A DNA stretch of 64,000 nt from positions 147,085 to 211,084 of IMG/VR virus record IMGVR_UViG_3300017991_000001, one strand, 5' to 3'. A model generated the notes under the pieces. The model saw nothing but the letters and a program-made list of their open reading frames with translations, was not told the origin of the DNA and did not search any database. Positions 28,953 through 37,355 of this stretch are shown here, in pieces. Within the stretch, counting starts at the first letter, position 1. Each line of letters starts with the position of its first letter. Position numbers and translations under genes: made by a program.

Positions 28953-28978
28953 GGAAGGGCGCCCCCGGGCGCTTTTCC
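28953..28978 (+). terminator. hairpin after the small membrane gene
   Basis: GGAAGGGCGCCC-CC-GGGCGCTTTTCC inverted repeat. Confidence 0.45.
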
Positions 28979-28997
28979 ATAGCTATCAGGCAGAGCC

Positions 28998-30647
28998 ATG
29001 TCCAGCGACTTGACAATCAACGACCTCGATTCGGACGACGTCCAACAGGCGGAAGGCTTCCTGGTGGACTTCCTGGCCACGGAGTACCCGAGCCTGGACC
29101 TGACGGCCGGCAAGGTTCTGCGTGATCTTCTGATCCGCCCGAACGCGATCTTCCACTCGCTCAACCAGGAGGACATCGACCGGCTGCGCAGGTCCATGAG
29201 CCTAAAAGCCATCGAGGAGGACCCCACCCTGGCCGACGACGACATCGTCGACGGGGTGCTCTCCAACTACCGCGTGGAGCGCGGCGAGGGCACCAAGGCC
29301 GAGGGGCAGGTCACCATCATCGTCGCCACGTTCACGACGACCACCGTCAGCGTGGGCACGGTCTTCACGGCCAACGGCGTCAACTTCGTCACCACCCAGA
29401 CCTACAGCGGCGTGACGACGGCCGACGCCGTGGTCTCGGACCAGCAGAAGGAGATCCAGCCCAGGAGCGACGGCACGTACGGTTTCACGATCCCCGTGGA
29501 GGCCGAGGAGGTGGGCGCCGTGGAGGTGCGGCGCAGCACGCGCTTCGCCGTGGTGCCCGAACCGGCGGGCCTGGTGGACGCCGTCGCGGCGGAGGACTTC
29601 TCGGGCGGCTCGGACACCGAGACCAACTCGGAGCTGATCGAGCGGTTCAAACTGGGGATCTCCCCGTCCACGTTCGCCGGCCGCGTGCACATCCAGTCGC
29701 TGCTGCGGGAGGAGGTCCCGAACCTGCAGGCCAGTTCCATCACCGGCTTCGGCGACCCCGAGATGCTGCGGGACCGCCACAACATCTTCGCCGTGTCGCA
29801 GGGCGGCAAGGCCGACATCTGGGCCCGGACGGGCACGCTGCCCACCACCCGCACGCTGACCAAGACGGCCACCCTGATCGACGCGGACAGCAAGACGTGG
29901 CAGGTTTCGATCCTGCGGGACGACGCGCCGGGCTTCTACACCGTGCCGTTCATCCTCCCGGAAGGGGCCGGCACGGACGAGAACACCTTTGAGATCACCG
30001 CGGAGACGCGGGGGATGGACCTGACCGCCGAGACGGGGGCGTTCGTGCCGGACGTGGACGACCTCGTCGAGGGCGGCTACTCGCGGTACCAGACGGCGGT
30101 GCTGCAGTTCGTCGACCCGGACACGGACACCTCGGGCCTGACCGAGCACGAGTCCACCCAGACGGTCCAGGTGGGCGTGCTGGCGTTGCCCGACATCGAC
30201 ACGCTGCAGGCCCTGTCCAACGACCGGGACCGCCGCAACCCGCAGGCCGACTACCTGGTCAAGGCGCCGGTGCCGGCCTTCGTGGCGATCACGCTGACGG
30301 TCCAGTACAAGACCGACACCGAGGCGCCGGACGCCGACGCGATCAAGGAGTCGATCGCCGGCCGGGTCAACGACCTGGGCTTCGAGGTGGGCAAGCTGCC
30401 CTCCAGCATGGTCTACGACGCCGTACACAATGCCACTTCCGAGCTGGACGCGCTGGTGGTCGCGCCCATCGACATGTTCTGCCAGATCCGCAGGCCCGAC
30501 GGGACCGTCGTCTCCATCCGCGACGGGAACGAGATCAGGATTCCCGACGAGCCGGAGCTGGGCGTGACCTCCCGCACGACGATGTTCTACGTGGACGTGA
30601 GCGACATTGACGTGACCGTCGAACCGCTGCCGGTGCTGCCGGCGTGA
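28998..30647 (+). CDS. baseplate J/gp6-like wedge protein
   Basis: GKVLRDLLIRP, RGEGTKAEGQVTI, FSGGSDTETNSELIER and GGKADIW motifs. Confidence 0.8.
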   Translation: MSSDLTINDLDSDDVQQAEGFLVDFLATEYPSLDLTAGKVLRDLLIRPNAIFHSLNQEDIDRLRRSMSLKAIEEDPTLADDDIVDGVLSNYRVERGEGTKAEGQVTIIVATFTTTTVSVGTVFTANGVNFVTTQTYSGVTTADAVVSDQQKEIQPRSDGTYGFTIPVEAEEVGAVEVRRSTRFAVVPEPAGLVDAVAAEDFSGGSDTETNSELIERFKLGISPSTFAGRVHIQSLLREEVPNLQASSITGFGDPEMLRDRHNIFAVSQGGKADIWARTGTLPTTRTLTKTATLIDADSKTWQVSILRDDAPGFYTVPFILPEGAGTDENTFEITAETRGMDLTAETGAFVPDVDDLVEGGYSRYQTAVLQFVDPDTDTSGLTEHESTQTVQVGVLALPDIDTLQALSNDRDRRNPQADYLVKAPVPAFVAITLTVQYKTDTEAPDADAIKESIAGRVNDLGFEVGKLPSSMVYDAVHNATSELDALVVAPIDMFCQIRRPDGTVVSIRDGNEIRIPDEPELGVTSRTTMFYVDVSDIDVTVEPLPVLPA

Positions 30648-30654
30648 GGATGCC

Positions 30655-31464
30655 ATGAACGCGAAAGCTTATCTCATCAAGCAGGCCGTCGAACCCATCG
30701 AGCTCCTCATGGGCGGCGGCACGTTGGGAGGTGGCTACCTGGCCGGCGAGTTGGCCGACGCGGGCGCGAACACGATGCTGAGCGACGTGGTGGCCCGTCA
30801 GATCGAGCGGTCCGCCGGCAAGATGTCGCCCAAGGAGCGGCGTGCCATACAAAAGGGCATTGGCGGGGTGAAGAAGGTACCCGTGCATGTCGTGGGCCCG
30901 AAAAAGCTTCACCACGGCAGCGAATACTTCGCGGCCGTGCCCGGCAAAAAGGGTATCGGCGAGGTGGTGATAACGAAACGCACGCCCGACTTCGTGTTGG
31001 CCCACGAGTTGGGGCACGCGAAGGTAAAGCCTACGTTCTTCAGCAAACGGATGTCGCGGTTGGAAGGATTATCCGAACGCCACGGCAAGATGTTGGGCGG
31101 CGGGGCCGGCGCGCTGTGGGCGGCACTCAGTGCCGACCCGGAAGAGAGCGCGCTGCGCACGGGCGTGGAAAGCGGCCTCAAGGGCGCGCTGACCGGCGTG
31201 GCGTCGCACGCGCCCATCCTCGCACACGAGGGGGCCGCATCGTTCCATGGCCTGCGCGGCATGGCTCGCGCGGGTGTGCCGTGGCGCAGCATGGCCCGTT
31301 CGGTACCCGGACTGGCCGCCCTGTTCGGCACGTACCTGGCTTCGGCCGCCCTACCTTCGGCGGGTGTCGCGGCCGGCGCGGGCCTGATCGCGCGCGAGGT
31401 CAAGAAGCGGCAGCTCAAGAGGGAGCTGCGCAAGGCTCGGCGGGAGGGCAAGCTTGGACGCTAA
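30655..31464 (+). CDS. leader-bearing HExxH zinc metallopeptidase-like membrane protein
   Basis: MNAKAYLIKQA; VLAHELGHA; downstream HEGAAS; Gly-rich hydrophobic helices. Confidence 0.7.
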   Translation: MNAKAYLIKQAVEPIELLMGGGTLGGGYLAGELADAGANTMLSDVVARQIERSAGKMSPKERRAIQKGIGGVKKVPVHVVGPKKLHHGSEYFAAVPGKKGIGEVVITKRTPDFVLAHELGHAKVKPTFFSKRMSRLEGLSERHGKMLGGGAGALWAALSADPEESALRTGVESGLKGALTGVASHAPILAHEGAASFHGLRGMARAGVPWRSMARSVPGLAALFGTYLASAALPSAGVAAGAGLIAREVKKRQLKRELRKARREGKLGR

Positions 31465-32086
31465 AGCCTACCTGATCAAGCAGGCCACGACGGTCGGTCG
31501 CCTGGCACGCATCGCCAAGCGGCATGGCATACCACTGGTCGGCGACTGGCGCTACGCGGCCAAGCTGCTGGGTCGGCAGGCCACGCCCAAGGGCAAGGCG
31601 CATTACCGGCGCGCGGCCGGCCTGATCGAGCCGGGCGAACGAAAGATCCTGCGCCGCCTACAGGCGAAGACCAAGGACCCCTTGGCAGAGCTCGGCGTGC
31701 AGCGCCTGCCGGGGGAGCGCCGGCTCGGGGTCATGGGAGATCGTACCGGCTTGGAGGTGACTGAGGGTGCCGTGCGTACGGTTCATACACACCCGGAAGC
31801 AGTGGAAAAGGTATTGGGGGTGGACCTTCCGCCTTTCAGGAGGAACCGGCTGGGGCAGGTGTTCCCCTCGAGCGGGCTGGACTACCGTTACAAGAAGTTC
31901 ATGCCCAAGACGATTAGGGAAGCCATAGCGGACCTAAAGAAGGGACCCTACTTCTTCAAGCACGACCTGGGTGATCTGGAAGATAACTTAGGACTGACCC
32001 ACGCCATCCTGGACCCGAGCACGGGCGTGCAGTCGGTGATAAAAGGTGGTCGGGGTAAGCTGAGAAGGCTGTTCTTCAAGGAGTGA
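31454..32086 (+). CDS. leader-bearing basic protein with a JAB/MPN-like motif
   Basis: TTG start with GGAGG; MDAKAYLIKQA; VHTHP...FPSSGLD...HAIL. Confidence 0.6.
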   Translation: MDAKAYLIKQATTVGRLARIAKRHGIPLVGDWRYAAKLLGRQATPKGKAHYRRAAGLIEPGERKILRRLQAKTKDPLAELGVQRLPGERRLGVMGDRTGLEVTEGAVRTVHTHPEAVEKVLGVDLPPFRRNRLGQVFPSSGLDYRYKKFMPKTIREAIADLKKGPYFFKHDLGDLEDNLGLTHAILDPSTGVQSVIKGGRGKLRRLFFKE

Positions 32087-32088
32087 TG

Positions 32089-32853
32089 ATGAACCCGCGC
32101 GCGTACCTCTTGAAGAGGGCCAAGGACCTGGACGCGGATCTGTCCACGGCGGGCCAGCTCATGACCGGAAACGTGCTGGGTGGCATAGGGGGAGGCTTGG
32201 CTGCCGCCGGTTCAACAGGTCTCCTGGCAAAGGTGCTCATGCCGGGGCTGGGCAGCCTGGCCGGGCCCGTTTCTTCATCGGAGCGCAAGCAGCTTCAAAA
32301 GGCCATGGGCGTCAAGAAGGTGCCCGTGAAGACGCTCAACCCTTTCAAGATGCCCGTGGAAGGGGAGCACTTCGACCCACAAGCAGGCAAGCGTGGAAAG
32401 GTGGTGATCTCCAAACGTTCGCCGGATTACATCCTGGCGCACGAGCTGGGCCACGCGCAGGACCCCGCCTGGACCAGCCCGAGGATGATGAGGGTTTACG
32501 ACATCGCAAGGGATGTAGGAATTCCATTGGGCAGTCTGGCCGGTTCCATCTGGGCCGCGCACGGCGCGGACCCGGAGGATAGCGTAGCCCGCACGGCAGT
32601 CGAGAGCGCGTTGAAAGGTGCCGCAGGTGGAACGGTCGGGTTCTCGCCCGTACTCGCCAGAGAGACGGTGGCATCCTTGCGGGGTTTCCAGGGGATGTAC
32701 AACGCGGGCATGCCTTGGCATAGGATACTCCGGTCAGCGCCCGGTTTGGCAGTGGGCATCCTCACATACATAGCCACGGGGGCGCTACCCGCTGCCGGCG
32801 CGGCAGTGGGTACGGGCCTTGCCGCCAGAGAGCTGAAGAAAGAGGAAGACTAG
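32089..32853 (+). CDS. leader-bearing HExxH metallopeptidase-like protein (paralogue of 30655)
   Basis: MNPRAYLLKRA; GVKKVPV, ILAHELGHA, ADPEDS..RTAVES.LKGA and G.PW..I.RS.PGLA shared with the 30655 protein. Confidence 0.75.
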   Translation: MNPRAYLLKRAKDLDADLSTAGQLMTGNVLGGIGGGLAAAGSTGLLAKVLMPGLGSLAGPVSSSERKQLQKAMGVKKVPVKTLNPFKMPVEGEHFDPQAGKRGKVVISKRSPDYILAHELGHAQDPAWTSPRMMRVYDIARDVGIPLGSLAGSIWAAHGADPEDSVARTAVESALKGAAGGTVGFSPVLARETVASLRGFQGMYNAGMPWHRILRSAPGLAVGILTYIATGALPAAGAAVGTGLAARELKKEED

Positions 32854-34478
32854 TGTCTGAGCTGCCGGGATACCCGGAGAACGACCTCAACAACGGACGT
32901 GACCTGCTGGTCATGCTGGGCAGCTTCTGGTCCGAGCTGTTCGGTGACCGGGACATCCTGCAAACCCACCTGCAATCCTCCGCCCACGAGCAGGCCCAGA
33001 CGCACCTGAACTATCTCGAGGCCGTGGCCAACGTTTCCCGCTTCACCATCCCGGTCTTCCACCGCGAGGACTGGCACCTGCTGACCTTCAAGCAGAGCGA
33101 GGCCAACGCGACGGCGAGCACGTACCGGGAAGGCGACCTGGTCTACGGGGAGCAGCCCGGCACGGTGGCGGGACGCGACGCCGGCTTCGTGCAGACCTAC
33201 GGCGGCACGGACCGCCCGGACCAGACGCGGGTGGTGCTGCCCGAGACCCTGGTCGACGCGCCCGTGACCCTCCAGAACCTGGTCATCGACCCCAGCCGCG
33301 TGTTGCTCAAGGACCTGGACTACGACATCGAGGAGCGCTACGGGAGCCGCGTGATGCGCTTCCGCGCCGACCCCTTCACGGACGACCTGATCCCGCGGCG
33401 CGACGTGGTGGATGACGACGGCAACGTGGTGGACGTGGAGATCGCCCTGTGGATCTACGTCGGCGAGTTCGACCTGGAGTACGTCTACACCCAGTTCGGG
33501 TACGCCATCGGTCTGCAGCTGCCGTCCACCGAGTTCTACAAGCAGCTCCTCAACGCCATCTGGGACTCGCACGTGCTGGGCTTCTCAAGGGCCGGTATGG
33601 AGAGCTTCCTGTCCGCCGTGTCGGGCGCGCCGATCATACTGGGCGCGCGGGAGACGGTGGAGGTGATCCGCGACGAGGGTGACTCGACCCTGGTCGTGAC
33701 CGATGCCAACGTTTATCGCGTGCCGGCTGGTGGCAACGTACTGTTGTCGGTGGGAACCACCTACCTGGCCGGTACGACGGTATCGGACATCTTCCAGATC
33801 AGGGAGCTGTCGGGTCACAGCCCGAGCTACGACCTGCTACCGGCCATGGCGTTCAGCAAGAGCCTGCTCAGCGGGCAGTTCATCTCCGAGCTGTTCATGG
33901 AGGACAAGCTCGCCGAGCTGTCGTACGAGGGGCTCGACGAGGACGGCAAGGCCATCGTGACCTTCGAGGTGTCCGGCTTCCCCAGCGACGTGGAAGCGTT
34001 CTGGGATGCGGTGCACGAGCGCGGCAAGGCGGATGGGCAGACGCTGGCCAACCTGCTAGACACGCGGGAGAATCCGGTGGGCGAGCCCGGCGAGAGTGAC
34101 CTGCCGTCCACGGTGAACCCGCTGGAGTTCATGCTGGATAACCTGTTGAAGAACAACCTCTTCCTGCTGCGCGTGAAGCCCGGGGCGTTCGATCCCGACG
34201 CTCCCGGCTTGAGCCTGTTCAGCCGGCTGCGCGAGATCATGCCGCCGCACACGACGTATATCGTGTTCATTGAGGTGACACCTGACGCGGAGAGCGTTGA
34301 CTTATCTCAGGCTGGCGGAGAAGATGAACCTGGTGCGGAGGTTAGCGCCGGTATGTTCCACGGGTCAGGGCTGCTGCTGGACGAGCTGTACGAGGGTACA
34401 TCGGCTCCCGCAGGCGACGTGTTGACATACGATGAGGCGGTCGTGGCCGCGCGCCACGTTTCGTTCACCTGTCAATGA
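32853..34478 (+). CDS. putative baseplate wedge protein (gp7/gpI-like)
   Basis: MLGSFWSELF N-terminus, LREIMPPHTTYI C-terminal motif; follows baseplate J once the inserts are discounted. Confidence 0.6.
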   Translation: MSELPGYPENDLNNGRDLLVMLGSFWSELFGDRDILQTHLQSSAHEQAQTHLNYLEAVANVSRFTIPVFHREDWHLLTFKQSEANATASTYREGDLVYGEQPGTVAGRDAGFVQTYGGTDRPDQTRVVLPETLVDAPVTLQNLVIDPSRVLLKDLDYDIEERYGSRVMRFRADPFTDDLIPRRDVVDDDGNVVDVEIALWIYVGEFDLEYVYTQFGYAIGLQLPSTEFYKQLLNAIWDSHVLGFSRAGMESFLSAVSGAPIILGARETVEVIRDEGDSTLVVTDANVYRVPAGGNVLLSVGTTYLAGTTVSDIFQIRELSGHSPSYDLLPAMAFSKSLLSGQFISELFMEDKLAELSYEGLDEDGKAIVTFEVSGFPSDVEAFWDAVHERGKADGQTLANLLDTRENPVGEPGESDLPSTVNPLEFMLDNLLKNNLFLLRVKPGAFDPDAPGLSLFSRLREIMPPHTTYIVFIEVTPDAESVDLSQAGGEDEPGAEVSAGMFHGSGLLLDELYEGTSAPAGDVLTYDEAVVAARHVSFTCQ

Positions 34479-34485
34479 GGTGGCC

Positions 34486-34854
34486 ATGAATCATCGGGCT
34501 TTCCTGCTTAAAGAGGCTGTGCAGAAGCGGTCCTACAGTCTGCTTCTGGGCCCTGTCGGCGGTGGTGCCGTGGGGGGCACCATGGCCGCACGGAACATCG
34601 ATCCCGAGCACAAGGAACGCATCAAGAAGATCCTGTACGGCGTGATGTACGGCACCGGCGGCGGCCTGATAGGAGGGGTGGGCGGACAGCTGGCCGGCGG
34701 CGCGGTGGGCGGTTTCGGTGGCAAGCACATCGGCAGGTTGGGGGGTATGGGGAGAGTCGGCGGAGCGGCCGGCATGACCCTCGGGGCGCTGCTGGGGGCC
34801 TTCGGAGGCATGGCTGCGGGCGGGCGCCTGGGCGGCATTAAAGCATCGGAATAG
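34486..34854 (+). CDS. leader-bearing glycine-zipper protein
   Basis: GAGG RBS; MNHRAFLLKEA; repeated GxxxG hydrophobic helices. Confidence 0.75.
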   Translation: MNHRAFLLKEAVQKRSYSLLLGPVGGGAVGGTMAARNIDPEHKERIKKILYGVMYGTGGGLIGGVGGQLAGGAVGGFGGKHIGRLGGMGRVGGAAGMTLGALLGAFGGMAAGGRLGGIKASE

Positions 34855-34858
34855 CGTC

Positions 34859-35464
34859 ATGAATGATCTGAAAAAGATGATGGAGACGTACGAGCCGGGG
34901 CGGAAGATGTGGGGCGACATCAGGATCTTCCTGTTCGACCCCGTCACGAAACGGATCAAGCGCCTGATCCGCAGGCGCAACCTGATCCTGTACAGCGGCG
35001 CGGACGTCCTGGCGCTGATGGCTTCGGGCGCGCCCGGCTTCCACGTCGCCACGATGTACATGGAGTACGAGAACCTGGCCGACCCCGGCGACACGCCGTC
35101 GATCCCGTCGTACGACCGCACGGGCGGCATCGCCTACTACAACGGCCTGTCCGCCTCCCCGAACAAGGACTTCCTGCGCATTCCGATCACGGTGTCCCCG
35201 AGCCTGTCCTCGTCCGACGATGCCATCTACGACGGCAACGTGGTGACCTTCTTCGCCGTCTCGGAAGGCTTGGCAGGCTTCCACGGCAAACCGTTCGGGC
35301 CCTCATCGAACTCGGCGGTATACGGTGCGGGCCTGGTGGCCTCGCCCGACCCCAGCGATCAGACGCAGGACCGGGTGTTCGCCCGGACGTACACGGGCAT
35401 CGGCAAGATCCTGAAGGAAACGGGTTTCGAGATCGGAATCACGTGGCAGTTGCGTTTCAATTGA
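34859..35464 (+). CDS. baseplate/tail-fibre attachment protein
   Basis: RRNLILYSGADVLA ... VFARTY ... EIGITWQLRF pattern common in myophage baseplate proteins. Confidence 0.55.
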   Translation: MNDLKKMMETYEPGRKMWGDIRIFLFDPVTKRIKRLIRRRNLILYSGADVLALMASGAPGFHVATMYMEYENLADPGDTPSIPSYDRTGGIAYYNGLSASPNKDFLRIPITVSPSLSSSDDAIYDGNVVTFFAVSEGLAGFHGKPFGPSSNSAVYGAGLVASPDPSDQTQDRVFARTYTGIGKILKETGFEIGITWQLRFN

Positions 35465-35465
35465 G

Positions 35466-37346
35466 GTGGCGCCCATGGCATCCCCCGTCACACCCTGGAT
35501 AAGCCGGGTCAATCCCATCCGCGATGGGGAAGAGGTACGCCAGCAGGTCGCGAACCGGTACCCGCACGAGCTGAAGGATCGCACCCAGCACCTCAAGGAC
35601 CTGCTGGACGCGATGAGTGCCGGACAGGCGCTGTTCCTGCGCGACGTGGCGCTCGACAGCGCCGTCGAGGTGGGGCACTACGTCTACTGGGACGCCTCCG
35701 CGCTGGAGTACAAGCGGGCCGTGGCGGCCCTGGTCTACGACGCTTCGGTGGGCGGTCTGGTCGTGGCGGACTCCAGCTACGCGGTCGGCATCGTGGTCTA
35801 CAAGGCCGGCGCCACGCGCGGCGACATCCTGCAGACGGGCTTCCTCAACGGCGACTTCGACTTCACCAACACGATCGGCTCGGCGGGCGACACGGCGGCG
35901 GAGGCGGGCGCCTACTACCTGTCCGGGACCACGCCGGGCATGGCGGTCAAACAGAAGCCGCCCGTCGGCATCTACCTCATGTTCCTGCGCGGCGACGGCG
36001 GCGCGCACGTGGCCCCGGCCCCCAGAGAGGTGCTGGAGGATCACATCCACTACGTGATGGATCTACACGCCCAACCGGCCGGCACGCTGGAATGCACCGA
36101 ACCACACAACGAATACGAATTCCTTACCGTTGACGACACGATGCCAGGCTGGCTGCCGGCCGACCATTCATCGTTCAACGGCGCGGCCCCCTCGGGTGCC
36201 GTGCTGGGCTACAACCTGGCCATGCACACGGAGCTGGAGCGCGTGTGGCCCCCGTTCCCCATGGACAGCGTCTTCGTGGAGCGCGACGGCGTGGGCGAGC
36301 ACCCCAACCGCTACATCGTCGACGCCACGACGCTGTGGTGGACGGAGAAGTGCTACGGCAAGGCCCCGTGGTCGCCGGAGATCCTGGACTGCGGTTCGCC
36401 CGCCTCGTCATCGTCATCGTCTTCCTCGAGCAGCAGCAGCAGCGAGGCCGGACCCGTGGCGCGCGAGTGTGAGAGCGGCGGCGTGCTTGAGCAGATGGGC
36501 TTCGTCAAGGGCGACCCCTTCGAGCGGCGCTTGCGCCTGTACTTCACCAAGATGCTGGCGAAGACCTCCAACACGGTGGTGACCAGCCTGAGGGCGGCCG
36601 AGGGCAGCCCGATCACCGTGCAGGGCTGTGACGGGGAGGAAGCCGGCACCGGGGACCTGGAAGTCGACATCGACCTGGCGCTGGGCCTGACCGAAGGGGA
36701 GGGCGGCTACCAGGCGATCAAGGACATCGACGGGCTGACGTTCAAGCGCGGCCCCGTCATCGAGGCGATCAAGGCCGGCACCAACGTTGAAATCAACGCG
36801 GTGTCGGGCGAGAGCGCCATGGACACGAACGGGTACGTGTACGGCAAGGCCGTGATCAACGCCGTACTGCCCGGTTCCGACCAGCAGGAAGGCAGCATCG
36901 TGCTGGTCTCGCTGGACAAGGCGCGCGAGGACGTGGTCGATGACATCTTCGTGCTGTCGCTGCCGGCCGGGATCAACTCCTCCTTCCGCGGCAAGATCGA
37001 CGTGCCCCGCGACGGGATCGTGGCCAACCCGCAGATGGAGCTGTGGTTCTGGCTGCTGGCCAACTCGGCCGGCGAGCTGCCCGAGCTGCCGCTTTCGTAC
37101 CGCCGCCTGCCCCGCCCGGACGGGTGTACGTCCCTGGCGTGGCCGGAGGCCGACACGGCGCTGGCGAACCTGAACCCGGGCTGCGGCACCCTGACCGCCA
37201 AGCGCTACGTGGAGGTGACCGGCGCGGCCTTCTCCATCGCCGAGGGCGACCAGGTGAACTTCGAGTTGGGACGGCTCTCTACGGACACGTACGCGGGCAA
37301 GGTGAGCATCGCCCGCATGGGCTTTCGGATAACAGCAGGCAGCTAG
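35466..37346 (+). CDS. baseplate/tail structural protein with poly-Ser
   Basis: Position; PIRDGEEV...NR N-terminus; 13-Ser tract. Confidence 0.6.
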   Translation: MAPMASPVTPWISRVNPIRDGEEVRQQVANRYPHELKDRTQHLKDLLDAMSAGQALFLRDVALDSAVEVGHYVYWDASALEYKRAVAALVYDASVGGLVVADSSYAVGIVVYKAGATRGDILQTGFLNGDFDFTNTIGSAGDTAAEAGAYYLSGTTPGMAVKQKPPVGIYLMFLRGDGGAHVAPAPREVLEDHIHYVMDLHAQPAGTLECTEPHNEYEFLTVDDTMPGWLPADHSSFNGAAPSGAVLGYNLAMHTELERVWPPFPMDSVFVERDGVGEHPNRYIVDATTLWWTEKCYGKAPWSPEILDCGSPASSSSSSSSSSSSSEAGPVARECESGGVLEQMGFVKGDPFERRLRLYFTKMLAKTSNTVVTSLRAAEGSPITVQGCDGEEAGTGDLEVDIDLALGLTEGEGGYQAIKDIDGLTFKRGPVIEAIKAGTNVEINAVSGESAMDTNGYVYGKAVINAVLPGSDQQEGSIVLVSLDKAREDVVDDIFVLSLPAGINSSFRGKIDVPRDGIVANPQMELWFWLLANSAGELPELPLSYRRLPRPDGCTSLAWPEADTALANLNPGCGTLTAKRYVEVTGAAFSIAEGDQVNFELGRLSTDTYAGKVSIARMGFRITAGS

Positions 37347-37355
37347 GGATGAGAC

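Noticed and set aside
7357-34520. Leader as a DNA-level recombination site (integron-like cassette or IS target)
   Set aside because: Nucleotide sequences differ at synonymous positions; no inverted repeats, target duplications or recombinase seen. Microhomology-assisted swapping cannot be excluded.
14791-35464. Interpretation as a bacterial eCIS, tailocin or T6SS locus
   Set aside because: Linked to protease, scaffold, capsid and neck-like genes plus a phage-type sigma factor, which indicates a complete phage virion.
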